In this document: piece by piece, positions 41,155-55,600 of the stretch | Layout: every line of letters starts with the position of its first letter | How positions within the stretch are numbered: the first letter of the stretch is position 1 | Origin: Epiperipatus broadwayi | Lineage: Eukaryota; Animalia; Onychophora | Length of the DNA: 64,000 bases | Direction of reading: 5' to 3' | Assembly: GCA_028023455.1 (NCBI GenBank) | Contig: JAQFVV010000008.1 | Location: forward strand, 6,882,001-6,946,000 | Program-made: the position numbers and the translations under genes | The notes under the pieces: generated by a model | Told to the model about the DNA's origin: nothing | The model's input: only the letters and a program-made list of their open reading frames with translations | Databases searched by the model: none

Positions 41155-41620
41155 TGTACTGGGTCCCATGATCAAGATTAATAGTTAGCCTGGCTATATT
41201 TCAAGTGCTGGATTCATGTACCTATCATCCAGGCATGCCAGCTATATATAACATATATGGCTGGTTGGCACCTGAGACTTGTTCTCAAAACAAATAAAAT
41301 GTTTTGGATGACAGGTCTTATTCCAGCAGTTTGGAGGGATGTATTGTCAGGAATTATGATAAGGGTTTGCATTTGTATAGCCTCAATCTAGCCGTAAGTA
41401 TCATTGATGGTTAATCTATCAATGATATTCTACCCTTCTGATGCTGGAGGCATTAAATAAGAAAGCCAATTCTGTAAAGTAAATAATAAAATGTTAGTAA
41501 ATAACCATATGAGTAATAATTACCAATGTATAATAAAAATGATAAATATAAAAATGTTTTTAGACAATGGATAGTTTCAAATAAACTAAAAAAGTTCATG
41601 TTGAGTACTGGGTCATTACA
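41155..41620. repeat. LTR-like segment (solo LTR or 5' LTR of the Gypsy relic)
   Basis: TGTACTGGGTC...TACTGGGTCATTACA; flanks agtac/aatac differ by one base. Confidence 0.45.
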
Positions 41621-42599
41621 AATACCATCCAATGCATAATTGGCTGAGCACAATTAAAAAAGTTCAAAACTAAATTTCAAATGAATGCCAAGTTGCATAA
41701 TAATGAAAAGTTAAAGTCGGTAAGCAGTGTGAAGGGAGAAATAGACCTAAGCTAACAAAATATAATATTGAAAATATAAAATAAAAAGGTATAAAATGTA
41801 AATAAAAAAGAGAGAGGAGGAAAAAGTGCCAGAGAGATAAATAAATTTGTTATTAGGGATTTTTGATAGTCAGCTGGGCATGTAATAAGGACTAAGGGGG
41901 GCTTGAGATTAGTCGAATATTCTATTCAATTTAAATTATAGAAAAATAAGGAAAATAAGTTTTATAATATTATAAAAGAAATAATAAAGTATAAAATTAA
42001 ATGGTTGTTTTCTCATCCCTGGTGTTTGCCTCGAAATGTCACTATTTCTAGGTCAATTCCTAGAAATATACCATTTCACCGGCATTCACCCAACAAAAGA
42101 GGAATTTTTCTACGTTATAAACGCAGAAGAGTCCTCACATTATGTTGGATGGAGGCAGTGATGGTGACAGAAGCCAACACAAAGAGACTTCTTTCTATGA
42201 TAAAACACAGAAAGAGTTCCCGATGGCTGCCGGTTATGGCTTTTTTCTATGCTAATAAAAGCAAAGAGGAAGAAATGCCTTGATTGGCTGCCATAGTAGT
42301 TGATTTTGTTCATCATTTTTTCATAATAGTAGAATATCTATTTTCTCTGTAGTTTTGTGTGAGAATGTGTGTATTTGAAGCAGTCGTAGTTTTTTTAAAA
42401 TTTGATAAGAAGTCTATTTTTTTTAATGTGTTGTAACTTACTTTACTGTTGTAAGTTTAGTAATAATGTTCTGCAGATTCCATTACAATGGGGTAACCCT
42501 CAAAAATTGCTTTTAAGGGTGGGAATGGAAAAAAATTGAAGGATCACGCAAAAAGTACCGTTTTCGCGAGAATTTGTCCGTGACCAGTTACTTTTGCTA

Positions 42600-43090
42600 T
42601 ATATATATATATATACACACAAACAAAAACAACCCAGTGTCTAATTATTAGTAATTACTTGTCCAAAAAAATAAAATTAGTCGGGTATTATTATTTATTT
42701 ATTTTTTGCATTTATTATTTCAAAATAAGATTAGTTTTTATATCTACACACTAACAAAAACAACTCAGTTCCTGGTTAATTACTGTCTTTAAAAAAAAAA
42801 AAAAGCAAATTCAACGGGGTTTGATTTTTTTCAATGGAGTATTTGAATTACGGTTTTATATATATATACACAAGATTTACCAAAAAAAAGAAACCCACTT
42901 TCTGATTAATTACTGTCAAAAGAAACGCAAATTAGTCAGCTATCATTTTTAAATTTAGTATTTCAATAACGGTACCTTTTTTATATAGACAGACTTAACA
43001 AAAACAACCCACTTTCTGATTCATTACTGTCCCCAAAAAAAAGAAAGCAAATTAGTCAGGTATCATTTTTCAATCGAGTCTTTCAATGAC
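42600..43090. repeat. Degenerate tandem array, ~120-130-bp unit x4
   Basis: The motif aacaaaaacaaccca...ttaattactgtc...caaattagtc recurs at about 42622, 42753, 42879 and 42997. Confidence 0.75.
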
Positions 43091-43166
43091 AGTCCTTACT
43101 AATAGTAGTCGGGTATCAATTCTAAATTGTAGTATATAAATTATGTTACTTTTGATAGATTTAGAA

Positions 43167-43662
43167 TTACGTATTGCTTTTTAATAAAATGATTGATTTA
43201 CTCTTGACCAAAAATACTGTAACTTTAAAAAAAGACACACATAAAGTTGAAAAAAAATGAGAAAAAGCCCTGTAACTTTAAAGACACATACACAAACTAA
43301 AAAACAATCTAAGATTAATAAACATTGACTTATTACGTATCGCTTTTGAATCAAATTATTGATTTACTCTTGCAAACAAAATACCGTAACTTTAAAAAGA
43401 CACACATAAAGTCCAAAAAAAAGTTAGAAAAAGCCCAGTAACTTTAAAGACACACACAAACTCAAAAACAAGATAAGATTAATAAACATTTACTTATTAT
43501 GTCTTGCTTTTGAATAAAATTATTGATTTACTCTTGCAAAAAAAAAGACCATAACTTTAAAAAGACACACATAAAGTCCAAAAAAAAAAGTTAGAAAAAC
43601 ACCGTAACTTTAAAGACACACATACACAAACTCAAAAACAAGATAAGATTAATAAACATTTA
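43167..43662. repeat. Tandem array, ~165-bp unit x3
   Basis: Units start at about 43167, 43333 and 43497; each has gtaactttaaa(aa)gacaca twice. Confidence 0.85.
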
Positions 43663-43858
43663 CAAAAATGAAAAAACTAACATCATATAATAGTATTAGT
43701 TAGTAGAGTATTTTATTACAAATCTAAGAAATCAGATCTTTTTAGATCAAATCGATCATTTAGGTCTGGCCCGGAATCGTTATATGTATATGTTTTTGAT
43801 TAGCATCAACGCCATCCCATGGCGAACACCAGGGATGAGAAAACAACCAATTAAACTA

Positions 43859-46050
43859 ATGCATACAAGAGCCAAAACAAAAATGGAGGCTCAAAATAAA
43901 GAAATAAATGGAAGTCATGAGTAAAATAGGAAAAAGTGACATAAAAAAACTGAAGTAATCAGTTGGTTAAAGGAAAAGTTGAGGGGATGGACAGAAATGT
44001 TCAGGAAAAAAATAATAGAACAGTGGATCCAGGAAATGAAAATAATACAAGAAAATAGGAAGATAATAGAAAATGTAAGATCACATATAAATAATTTAGC
44101 AGAAAAAAATAGAAATATTAAAGCTAAATGTTAAGGAAGGTAAGGAAAAATCAGAAATCAAGAATGTTAATATTGACTGTAGGGAAGACAAAAGTGCAAA
44201 TACAGACATACATATGAATAATAACTCAGATATTGTAAATAGATTTTTAGAAAATAAGAATGTTTTTGGGGGATGCAGGGGCAGCTCTGACTAAACACCT
44301 TAGCAGTTTGGAATGCTACTTTACATTAACCAGCTGAGCAAAGAGGCAATGATTGCAATTGCCTTAATCATCTACAAGGCACTTCACGGGATTTGTAGGA
44401 CTCCATATTTATAAAATCTACCACATTCATATGGTATAAGAAAGCATTATTAGCAAGCTATTAGAGTGAAGAGCACCAGGAAGGTATTAGACACCAGGTG
44501 TCACAAGATAAATGGTGACCTGGTGAAGGTTTTACTTCCTTTTTCTGTTGTCAAGTTGCAAAGTTAAAGTTGTTAACAGCCAACCCGCTGTCAGAACAAT
44601 AAATCATTCGTATAGTAAGACATAATTTTCCACATAATGTGGAACAGATGGTTATTGGTACTGAAAGGAAAATGGTAGAACAAATTGCCAAGCTCCTGAC
44701 TGTGTTTGACAGCATGAGGCCAAATTATAAAAACAAGGAAAGGGAATTCACCCCCCCCCCAAGAAGAGAGAAAAATATAAATATCATGAATTTTGGCTCA
44801 TAAGAATGATTGGGAGAAAAATACTAGGTATAGACCATCATGTATTCAAGAAAAAAAAAGGAAATAATAAAAATAATAATAGAAGAAAATATGGCCTAAA
44901 GGGCTCTTGGCAGACATCAAAACATATGTTTGAACATAATGGAGAAGCTAGCCATTCACAAGGAGTTGACACCTTGGCAACTCAGCATTTTCCCAAAGTA
45001 AAAGTAGTGTTGGAGGGAGTAATAATAGGTGCACTGCTGGGCTCAGGGTGGCAAGTGTCAGTAATGTCTCAGGAATAATGAATCAGCTGTGTAAACCCTA
45101 ACATCAAAACATTACTGCTAAAGAAGGTCTGTGTGACTATGGTAAATAGTAAATGGGCCAAATTGATGTCAAAGCAGTTTTGGATAAATATGTGAATAAA
45201 AAAAAGAGTATAGTCATGTTTTGCTTATTTTAGAGCCCCATGAAGTCATACTTGGATCGGATTTTATGCATAGGATCAGCTGTTTGTTGGATTATGAGTT
45301 AAATCAAATGAGATTAAATGGTGAAGTATTGACTTTCATGCCTGATAAAATGTATCAATCCTCCATGATGTGTTGTATACGAAATACGGAGGTAAAATGG
45401 GAATTACATGCGAAAACAAATGAATCAAAAATTTTAAGTAATTATCAAAGGAAAGTGCTGGAACAGATATTGAATGGATACGAAAGTGTTTTTTCAGATG
45501 TCCCTGGGGTAATCCAAGACTATGAGCACAGGATAAAGCTTATGAGGGGTCAGCCAGGCAAGGGCATACTGTATTCCCAATACATGGGAACGGTTGAAGG
45601 GTGAATAAGAAAGATGCTGGCATGGGGAATCAAAATGCTCATCATCCTTTAACAATCCTATAGTGACTGTGAAAAAAAAATGGATCCATCCAGCTATGTT
45701 TGGATGTGAGGCAGTTAAATAAAATAACCATCCCTGACACTAATGCTCCTCCACCCATACATGAACTATTGATGAAATTTCAAAACAAAAAGGTAATTTC
45801 AACATTTCAATACCATGGACATGCATATAACTTTAACCATATACTATTTGGGCTAAAAAATAGTGGAGCAGGATTAATACAAAGCTTAGATCAGGTATTA
45901 TCAAATAAAATTCAACAGTTGATAATGATGTATGTCAATGACATAATTAGCATCAGAAAGTATCAGAGAACACCTCATGCATTTAGAACAGCTATTTCAA
46001 GAGTGCGAAAAAAAGGGAATTAAGATAAATTTTAAAAAAACAATGGTTAA
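43859..46050 (+). mobile_element. Decayed Gypsy gag-protease-RT relic
   Basis: Gag-like NHLQGTSRDL...YKKALLASY, protease-like ALLGSGWQVSVMS and VILGSDFM, RT-like DVRQLNKITIPD...PPIHELL and FGLKNSGA..YVND; multiple stops and deletions. Confidence 0.8.
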
Positions 46051-49000
46051 TGGATCAATGAATCTTAATACTGGTGAAGAAACAGAGCTTTTTACAATAA
46101 CTGAATATATCTCTGCTACTATTTTGTACTAATCTTGCAGCATTTTTCATTTTAAATTAGGTATATTATAGATACAGAAACAATATTATTATTCAGGCAA
46201 GTTCTAATATCTTAATTGTTTTTGTTGTTTTTTTCACTGTCATCAGAGTTTGACTCTAGTATGACAGAGAAATGGATAGAGAATTTTATAATGAAAATTA
46301 ACAATACAAAGTTAAACTCATAGATTTATTGAGTATAGAATGCCAGATTAGTGAAAATGGATTACTATTTTATTGCATCAAAATTTCTATTCACATTCCT
46401 AATAGATGTTAATATCATTAGACTAAGAACATTTTAAATGAATAGGGCAATTGCCATTTAAAAGAAAGAATAAGATGCTGAGAATTAGACTAATTAATAT
46501 TCTCAGGTTTATTATTATGTTAACACTCTTGTAATTTAGCAGATAATATTTTTATTATTTCAAGCAAAAGATTCAATTGTTTTAGAGCAATCTTTATTTT
46601 AATATTAAAAAGAAGCTAAGATGATTGTATTAACAATGATTGGATTTTTTTTTTCATGTTTCTTTGGCCATGATTGTGGTAAGGACTTGTACTAAAGATT
46701 CAATTTACAATTAAAAACAAGAATTTTGATAATAAAGGACAAAATGTTTATTGTTGTGATCAAAAGATGTAATATAATGACCATCTTTATTTAATGTAAG
46801 AATATATTTTATTGTAAATATATTTCTGAAAAAAAAAAAAACAATGAATAGAAAATTAATGAATCTTATTACTAATAAAGCAATATGGAGTCTCTGCTAT
46901 CAAAGAATTTATTCATCTAATATGCAGAACTTTTCTGCATTAAAATGGACATATTATAAGTAAAGAAAAAATATCATTTACTGGATGACCTCTAATATAT
47001 CTATACAATTATATTAGCTATGATAATTAACAAAAATATACTAAAAATACATAATTTGTATAGTGCTTATGTATTACAATAAAAATGCATTATTCATTTG
47101 TAATTGCTGATAGCAGCATTTTGTTTTAAAGTCTCACAATTCTGCACTTATTTCATTATTTATCTGAAAATCTGAAACTTTAATTCTTAATAATTTATGG
47201 TCAATGAAATAATTCCAAACTAGCATCTTTGAATCTTTTCAAATAAATATTTTATTATTCTTTAAACAATATTAATATCTGAGTAGCGATCTTTTAAAAT
47301 TTTTTATTCCTAAATTTATTTATTTGAAATGATTTCAGTCTTATGAATAATTTTAAATATCTCACTAACTGAAGTCTACACGAACTAACTGAAAAATCTT
47401 AAATAAATCTTGATAAATTCCATGGTAATAGATTGTGCAATATTATTGATAAAGAATTTGTAAAATCCAGTATGCCTATGTGATAAATGGTCTCAAAGAA
47501 AAACACAAAGTATGATTTTTATTATTACTTTTAAAGAATTAAAAACTGATTAATCATAAAAGATTTATTGTAATATTAAATTATTTTTATAGGATTATAA
47601 GTAGGAATTAATTTTTTTTTTAAGTTAATATTTTAAAACTTAGTATGAGATTTTAGCAATACAATATCTGAATGTAATTCTTTATTATTGTGAATATAAC
47701 TATCATTAAATTGATACAGCATACAAATTTGACAGCTTCTTCTCCCTTCCCCCCACAACAATAGGAATATACAACAGTACAAGAGAGAATAATTAAAAAT
47801 AATTTTACTACAAAATTTTATGTTTATACAATTTCAACATGTGAGAGTTTCCTGTTTTATAAACATTGAAACATCTAGAATCTTCCACATAATTAATATT
47901 ACTTAGTGATTAGAAAATACTTTTATTAAAGGATTAAACTTGTTTATTACTAGTATTTTATTTGTGTATTGTTTAAAAAGTTTATTTCTTAGTTTTAACT
48001 TTAACTACATTTTTCTAGTGATTTTAAAACTAAGACTTAATCTGCTATCTTTTAAAAAAAACTTTTTTAGATTAAATGTCAGCATCTTATTATTTTATTA
48101 TATATATAATAGTACTTTGGTATTATTTCTGCTATGATATATTACTCTGGTGATGTATTATTCTAAGTTTGTGATATAATCGTTAACATTTGTCCTCATA
48201 TCCCACAGAGGCATTATTTTAAACATATCACAAACTTAGAATAATATGTCATCGGAATAATATGTCAAAGTGAATGTAATATCAAACTTCAAATCTAAAA
48301 AAAATGGAGATATATATTCATTATGGAAAAAGAAAAAACACACTATGATACCAAATAAAAACAGAGTTATGAGTTGGGAGGTTTTTTATGGCACTCCCTG
48401 CCATCATAAACACGTAGCACGTGTAATACCAAACTTCAAATCTAAAAAAAAACATATCATATTTCCAATGATGGAGAGATATATTTATTATGAAAAAATG
48501 AAAAATATGAAAAAGAAATCTGAAATGTTTTTTTAAATGGTGAATTGTAAGATAAAGTCTTAGCTTTATTTAAAAATGGTGAACTGTAACTTTAACCTTA
48601 TATTTTAAATATTTTTTAAAATATATATATAAAGTATTAGTAATATATATATATATAGTTTTAACTGTAAATGTATTTTTAAATATAAAACTGTATAACT
48701 TACAAATGATGAAAGAGATGTATTATATTGTGTTGGGGGAGGGGGGTATTTGTGATGAACTGAACACAAGTCAGCAAGTTTTACAACTTGGTGGCATGCA
48801 TATATGTGAAATGTTGGTAAAATGTATATATATTTAACAAAGATTAATCATGCCAGGATTTTTGGCTACCATGTCATCATAAACGGAAACTTTGAATAAT
48901 TATTACCAGATGCAAACATCACAGGAGTATGCTATATATATATATATAAAACAAATTAATTCAACACACTTTTTTTTTTAAATCTTGCTTTAGTTTATGA

Positions 49001-49269
49001 ACCATATTTCATTCCAATTTTACTCTAAGTTTCAACCATATTATATGGTTATTGTAAGAATTATTCCTAATATGTTTACAAAGAATTTACAAAAACAATA
49101 TAACCAGCCAGTCTTTGTGTTGTTATTGTTTTTTATCCTTGTAAGCCAAATCATTATTCATTTCACTCAAGTTAATGCCAAATATAATTTAACAAAATAA
49201 CTACTTATTAATAAGTATTTCACCATTTTCTTTCCAAATGTGGCCCATTAAATTCAATATATATATATA

Positions 49270-49680
49270 TAGTAATGCTAGCAAGATATATGTATATCTG
49301 TGTTACATGTATTGAATGGTAACATATTTTTTTTAATAATCTTGTACTTTGATTTGATGAATTCAATAGTCTTTGAAAATATTCTATAGGCCTTCTTGAA
49401 TAAGCAGCATGCTTTGTATCCAAATGTCTTTTTAATTTTACAGGTTTCATATTTTCGGCTGCTAAAGTTTTATTGCATAATAAGTATAAAGGTAAATATG
49501 TTCATTATAATTACTAGCAGAAAATGTAAATCCATATCATAAATATGATTCATTGTATATCCTCTTTTTTTTATGCGGTGTTGACATTGGACTCATTTCT
49601 TTATTTTTACTGTTTTCTGCTTCAGTGAGAACTTTTGTGTCTACCCTGATGTTGTTCGTCTTTAAACATTTGTCCAATAT
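49270..49680 (-). pseudogene. hAT (Charlie/Buster, ZBED5-like) transposase N-terminal fragment
   Basis: YNESYL.YGFT...LLCNKTLAAENMKPVKLKRHLDTKH...PIEYFQR is the BED-finger region of this group. Confidence 0.7.
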
Positions 49681-50110
49681 TTAGGAATAATATTCTGAAA
49701 TAAGTATACATATTTTATAAAAAATAATTATAAATGTTAAACAAGTTCTTTATAATATTTTCTTAAAACATGCATTTAGTTTAGGAAAATGTGCTATGCA
49801 AACCCTAACGTATTTTTACATAACCCAATTTTTAAATGTCAATTTCGATCAGCAAAGTTAATGAATATTGTTGCATACACATAAAATGAAATGTGGAAAA
49901 ATAATTTACTGACTTAATTTCATGATATGTAAGATAAATATGTATATTAACTTGATTGGTGTATCCTCATTCACAAAAATCATATATATTTTAACCTGGT
50001 TGTCGAAGCCTCATTCACAAAAATCACTAGGAACTAGGTAAAAACACAAAATGTATCTTTCAACAAACACATACAAATCATACAAATACAAATAAACTAA
50101 ATTCAATATA

Positions 50111-50140
50111 CAGATGCCCCCCTACTTATGAATCAGTTAC
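50111..50140 (+). mobile_element. Isolated Tigger/pogo-like terminus
   Basis: TA|CAGATGCCCCCCTACTTATGAA resembles Tigger TIRs; partner end not found. Confidence 0.3.
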
Positions 50141-51393
50141 ATTTCAAAATAGGCCAAGCATGTTACTAAACTGACACTGTTGGATGGGAATCATTAGTAC
50201 CATCTAAATGCAGCTCTCAACATCTAATAGGATGCATACATCAAATGGAATATTCAATTTAAAAAACTGACAAACTGACTTGTAATTTATACAAATTAGG
50301 AAGGTGTGATAACTACTAGAAATATTATAATTAGATATATGACCTGTTAAAAATTTGTATTATGAAAACAATATAATGTAATAATATTTGTTTATTTAAT
50401 ATATGAAATATTTTTTATTGAAATATTTAGGTATTTATTTTAATATTTGCAACTATTTTAAATTCAAGTACCTCAGATAGCTATGATCGTAAAATGGATT
50501 TGTAAACCAATTATGTGATTTTCATCTTCAGTTGGATTTCTAATAACCTTTTTCTGCTTCTCAAGCTTATTTTAAATAGAAAAGAAAGATTGAAGCTGTA
50601 TATTTGTGTTGGTGGGTGGTACAAGACTTTCAAGGGGAAATTTTATTTTAGGATTAGTATCTAATATTAAATTTTCTTTTTTCAAATAGTTTTGCCTGTT
50701 TTCATAACAATGATTCAGAACATTTACATAGCTTCTGGCTGCTATATTAGTTTTTGTTTTCATTTCATTGTCTATCAACTGTTTTGTTTTACTATATAAA
50801 ATAGTAGTATATATAAGAATTTCATTACTCATATAATTTCTTTCTTATATTAAATAAAAACAAATATTAATACAAAAAATGATAACTATTATTTTGATTT
50901 CCAAATACTAGTTTTTAACAGATGTGTCTTCACATATATTTCTTATAGTTATCACACCTTTCTAAATGTTGTTTGTATAAATTACAAATTATCAATTTTT
51001 GAATTTGAAAATTCCACTTTTAGAGAGACACATAAACTGTTAGGTGCTGAGAACTGTATTTAGATGCTTTTGGAGTCATTGGCATGTAGACTTTGAAAGC
51101 ACTACTCCGTATGGTTGTACAAGGCAGGAGAAGATATGAAACTCAAAATTTGAATTCGTGGAAGTATTGCAAAAAAATAATCTTGATTTCACAGCAGTCT
51201 GTTCATATGTCCAAATGTTTGTAAGTAGGGTGACTTCTGTACAGTGTCATTGTGTAGTTGAACAATTTGTTCAAAACATGTGTCAAATGATTTTTTATTA
51301 CATGAATACGAATTTTAATTCATAGTAGGAAATATATAAAAAAAAAAAAAGTTAAAAAGAGGCAATTTTCCAAATTTTTTTGGGATCCCCATT

Positions 51394-51406
51394 TTAAGAA
51401 CCACTG
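51394..51406 (-). mobile_element. Isolated hAT/Charlie-like terminus
   Basis: Minus strand reads CAGTGGTTCTTAA; partner end not found. Confidence 0.3.
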
Positions 51407-52611
51407 CTCTAACTAACTAACTTGAAACATTGTGTAAGCTATTAATCTGTATTTTCTGCTAACCTGTATTATCTACTAACTTGTGTGTTATTACTAACAA
51501 TTGTTTGTATTTGGAAAAGTTTAAATAAAGTTTAAAAATTTCTAGACATTCAACATGTAATGATGGATGATGGAAATGGTCAACATATTATTACATCATA
51601 AATACTATCATCACAAACTTTCAGGCAAATATATACTTAGTATTTACGACAGCCAATCATCTTTTTTAGGACCATCATTTTGTGACTCTCAACATCACTT
51701 ATTAGATGGATTCAATCTCACAACTAGTATTTCAATATAGTAGAGTATAATCTTTCTTAAACTACTTTGCAATAATATTTAAAGGTTGGATATTGTAGTA
51801 AGTTTATGTCATGATTATTTCATGCTTTAAAATCTTATTTATTTTGAATGTAGTAATTATATGCTAAGGTCTTTGTACATTACATTGTAATACTAGTTTG
51901 TAGATCTGCAGATAGATGACAAGTGGTGTTGTATTCTGTGAATCAATCGCTTTGGAAAAGTTGCTTTGCTGGTTATTAGTGTGACTGTCTAGTTTGTTTA
52001 AATTTTGTTAAATAGTTAATTTATATATAATTGTACTAAAGCAAGTAAGAATGCATTTTACTAGTATCTTTAATCATAAATCTTGAGTGTATTTTAGAAT
52101 ATTAGTAAATGCAATTATATCCTTAAAGAAATGACTTTGACCTAATTTAACATGTTCTTCATTGAAACAGACCACTAGCTTCATTGGTTATTTTAGAGTT
52201 TGAAATATCTGTTCTATGCACTTACTATAGAAATAGTAATTTCATTTATAACTAACTCTTGGTGGTATATTATATTTTTAGTGTGATAATTGTTGTTTTA
52301 TATTACAATTTATTGTTCTGGAAATCTAATATAATTAATGAAGACAGAAGTTTACTGAAAAAAATATTTATTCTTGAAGCCAAGATCTTTTTTTTTTTTA
52401 CAATAAAATAGTAGTTGATAATATTCAATATGTATTAAACTTTAACACTATAGAAAATAGTAAACTTTCATTTGTATTTTTAATTATAAGTTAAAAACAT
52501 ATTATTAAAAATTATAATTTAAAATTATGACTTATTCTTTCTTTATGGTATTATAATTTAGTCCATTTATGTTATTAACTGAATTAAATTTATCTTGATA
52601 ATATTATGTTT

Positions 52612-55600
52612 TGCTATGTTTAGAAATAAAGAATATTATAAGCAAACTAAATAATATTTACATGAGCTACATAATATAAAAAAAAAGTTTTATATTTTAT
52701 TAAAGTAAAAGTTTACGCTTAGATATTTTCATTCGTAGAAAATATTTGTGTTTCAATTAATAATTAAAGAACTAAATAATTTTAGAGATAAAGTAAACTG
52801 CTTAAAATAAAAGAATAGTGTTCCAGAACTAGAAATAACATTATATGTATTTAGATTAATAATCTGAATCTAGAAATTTCTGTGATATGTGAAGGTAATT
52901 AAAAGATTATAACATTGCTATCTGGGAATGATCTGGAACAGGATAAAAATACAATTTAAAAAGAAAATAGATATGCACACACACACATCATTGGAGCTGC
53001 ATCATATTGTGAACTGAAGACAACTGCAAGGCTTAAATTTGAGTGTGTATAATAAAACAATGGAGTACCCAATGAATTTCCACTATTGAAGGTTCCAAAG
53101 TGGACCTAGGAACTTTTACAGGCTACAGGCCTTATTATTACTTTGTAAGCCTTTACGGTCAATCACTTTTTATATTATTATATTGCTGGAGAAATGATTA
53201 GTTAAAATTGTATATTTATTTCTGCTTGTCTATTTACCTTTACTATAACTGCAGTACATAGCAGAAAACTGTGAAGGATAGGATTCAGTCTGTAATTTGA
53301 AACTAGTATCTGATAATAGCTTTCAATTCCATAATTAGAAAATGAGCTCAGTTAGTCAACCTAAGAGGAAGTTAGCTAATGAATGAATTTAGATAATTAT
53401 GAAAAAAATTTTCTTATTTTAATTGCTATATTTGAGATTAGGGGAATAAAATAGTCTAGACTACAAGTGACAATGAGTTTAATTTTTAAATAGTCCTTTC
53501 AATTAACCAATTTATCTCTTTATCTTAAGAGAATAAATGGAACTTCTAGAAACCTCATTAAAATTGACACTTTGCTGTTATGTTGGGCAAAATGTAATCA
53601 AAATTTCAAATCAGCTATGTCATCATGAGGACCTAGAGAAATTGCCATACACAATAGTAGTGGAAAAGTTAAATAACTATTTTTGTCTGCAGCTTTCAAA
53701 ACATGTAGCATGGCTATATTTTAGAACTAGATGGCAAAATAAAGTGAAAAGATTATGCAATTATGATCGTGTATTGAGACAACTTGCTAAAAGTTGTAAA
53801 TATGGAGATGCTCTAGAGGACACTGCTTGACTTGTGATGTCCAGTGATATGCTTAGACAGCAGTTTCTGCCTCTAAGGATTTAACTTTAGAGGAGGTAAT
53901 TAAAATGGGATTTATTCCATGAAATTACATTAGACCAATTGAAAGAATTTAGAAATTTTACTAATAATTATGATAGTAGTGCATTCATAAAGAAGACAGA
54001 GATCAAAAACAATTTGTTTAAAGTAATTTTAAAGAGTTAGTTTGTTATTGATGTGAGAAGGAGTGCCACATGGCATAAAAATGTGAATGGAATAATGAGC
54101 ATTGTAGAGCCTATAGGATTGCATGCCATTTAGAAAGAGTATGTAAATCTAAGATAATAAATGAACATAAACGTTCACCCATCTTTCCCAAAAGAAATAA
54201 AAAATGTGAAATTAAAAATACCCATATTATGAATGTATCACTAGGGGATGACTTTGAATTAAATTTTTTTAAAAAAAGTATAATGAAATACATGGGTGCA
54301 TTTTTGAGAGTTCCCATTAAGTCAGAATCAGACAAAAAATGGAACAATCATTAACTATATAGATGACTGGAATACTGGGTTAATAGCAAAAAAGTAGTGG
54401 ATTGGAAGAAAGCTGATAAAGGATATAAACTGCTATTCAAATTGATGATCAGAGATCAACCTCATTGTTGTCCTAAACTGCTTCATTAATATATATGGAA
54501 TGTTAGAAAAAACTCTACAAAAAAGGATGCATGTTAATGAACAATAGTGCTAATGCCAAGCAGTGGCCATCATCAGATTTTACAACTGATTCATCAAAGT
54601 CATTCAATGCATACTATGAGCTAAAGCTCTCTCCCATAATTATGTACAATGGCCTGATATCAATAAAGAAATAGAATATTTCATCAAAACTTGTGATAAA
54701 TGCTAAATGTCTGCAAGCATCCCAGAGAAAAAATATATAAAATGGTCATTGGTTGCAAAACTCTGGAGTCATGGTCATATTGTCTAAGCTAGATCATTCC
54801 ATAGATACATTTTCTTGGTGGTAATCAATGCATATTTAAAATGGACTGAATATAAGATCATAAAGAACACAAGTACTGAGGAAACAATTGAAAAACTTAA
54901 AGAAATGTGTACTTTTAGTTTTCCCTGAGACATTGGTGACATAAAATAGAACTAGCTTTACATCCATAATATTTGAGGAATTTCTTGAAGAATAGAAAAT
55001 TAGACATATCTCCATGCTCTATACCATCCAGAGTTCAATGGAATTGCTGAAAAGACAGTGTAAGCATTATAACAAATGTTATGAAAGAAAGAGACTGTGA
55101 ATATTCAAGAAACTTTGTATACAGCTTTTCTATATCTGTACAGTACACTTCTGACTAGGCCTGGTAAATCACCAGCTGAGATGATGTTTTAATGACATAT
55201 TTGCACAAAGCTGATGCTAATTCACCCAGGAGAAAATTTTGAGTTAGAGGCAAACAATGCTGTGGAAAATAGTTATGTTGTGGGAGAGAAATTTTGGATC
55301 AGAAATGTCAAAGAAAATACTGGGTAAAATGTGTAATCAAAAAACACCTATCCAGGCAAATTGTAATCATTGATACTGAAATAGGAAAATTTACATAAAA
55401 ACATATTAATCATGTCAGGTGATTTAAAAACGAAATCCACCAAAACAGAATAACTCATACCAGATATTTTAAACATTGAGAAACTTGAAACAATGGAAAT
55501 GAAGAATACAACAAAAAGGGAAATAATACCACTGGAAATGATACACATTTACACAGATCACAAAGAACTGAAAGAATCTAATTATTTAAAAGACTACATT

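Larger units (their letters stand above)
42002..43849. mobile_element. Unclassified non-autonomous TIR element, 1848 bp, 29-bp TIRs, 6-bp TSD
   Basis: TGGTTGTTTTCTCATCCCTGGTGTTTGCC ... GGCGAACACCAGGGATGAGAAAACAACCA (28/29 match); ATTAAA at 41996-42001 and 43850-43855. Confidence 0.8.

Noticed and set aside
41881-42487. TGTAAT...ATTACA segment as an LTR
   Set aside because: It has no TSD and straddles the left TIR/TSD boundary at 42002, so the matching ends are probably coincidental.
42600-43662. CRISPR-like array
   Set aside because: The units are degenerate tandem copies without unique spacers, in eukaryotic intronic DNA.
44300-44360. tRNA/SINE-like A box on the minus strand
   Set aside because: The plus strand reads as part of the Gypsy gag relic (..ECYF..QLSKEAMIAIALNHLQG).
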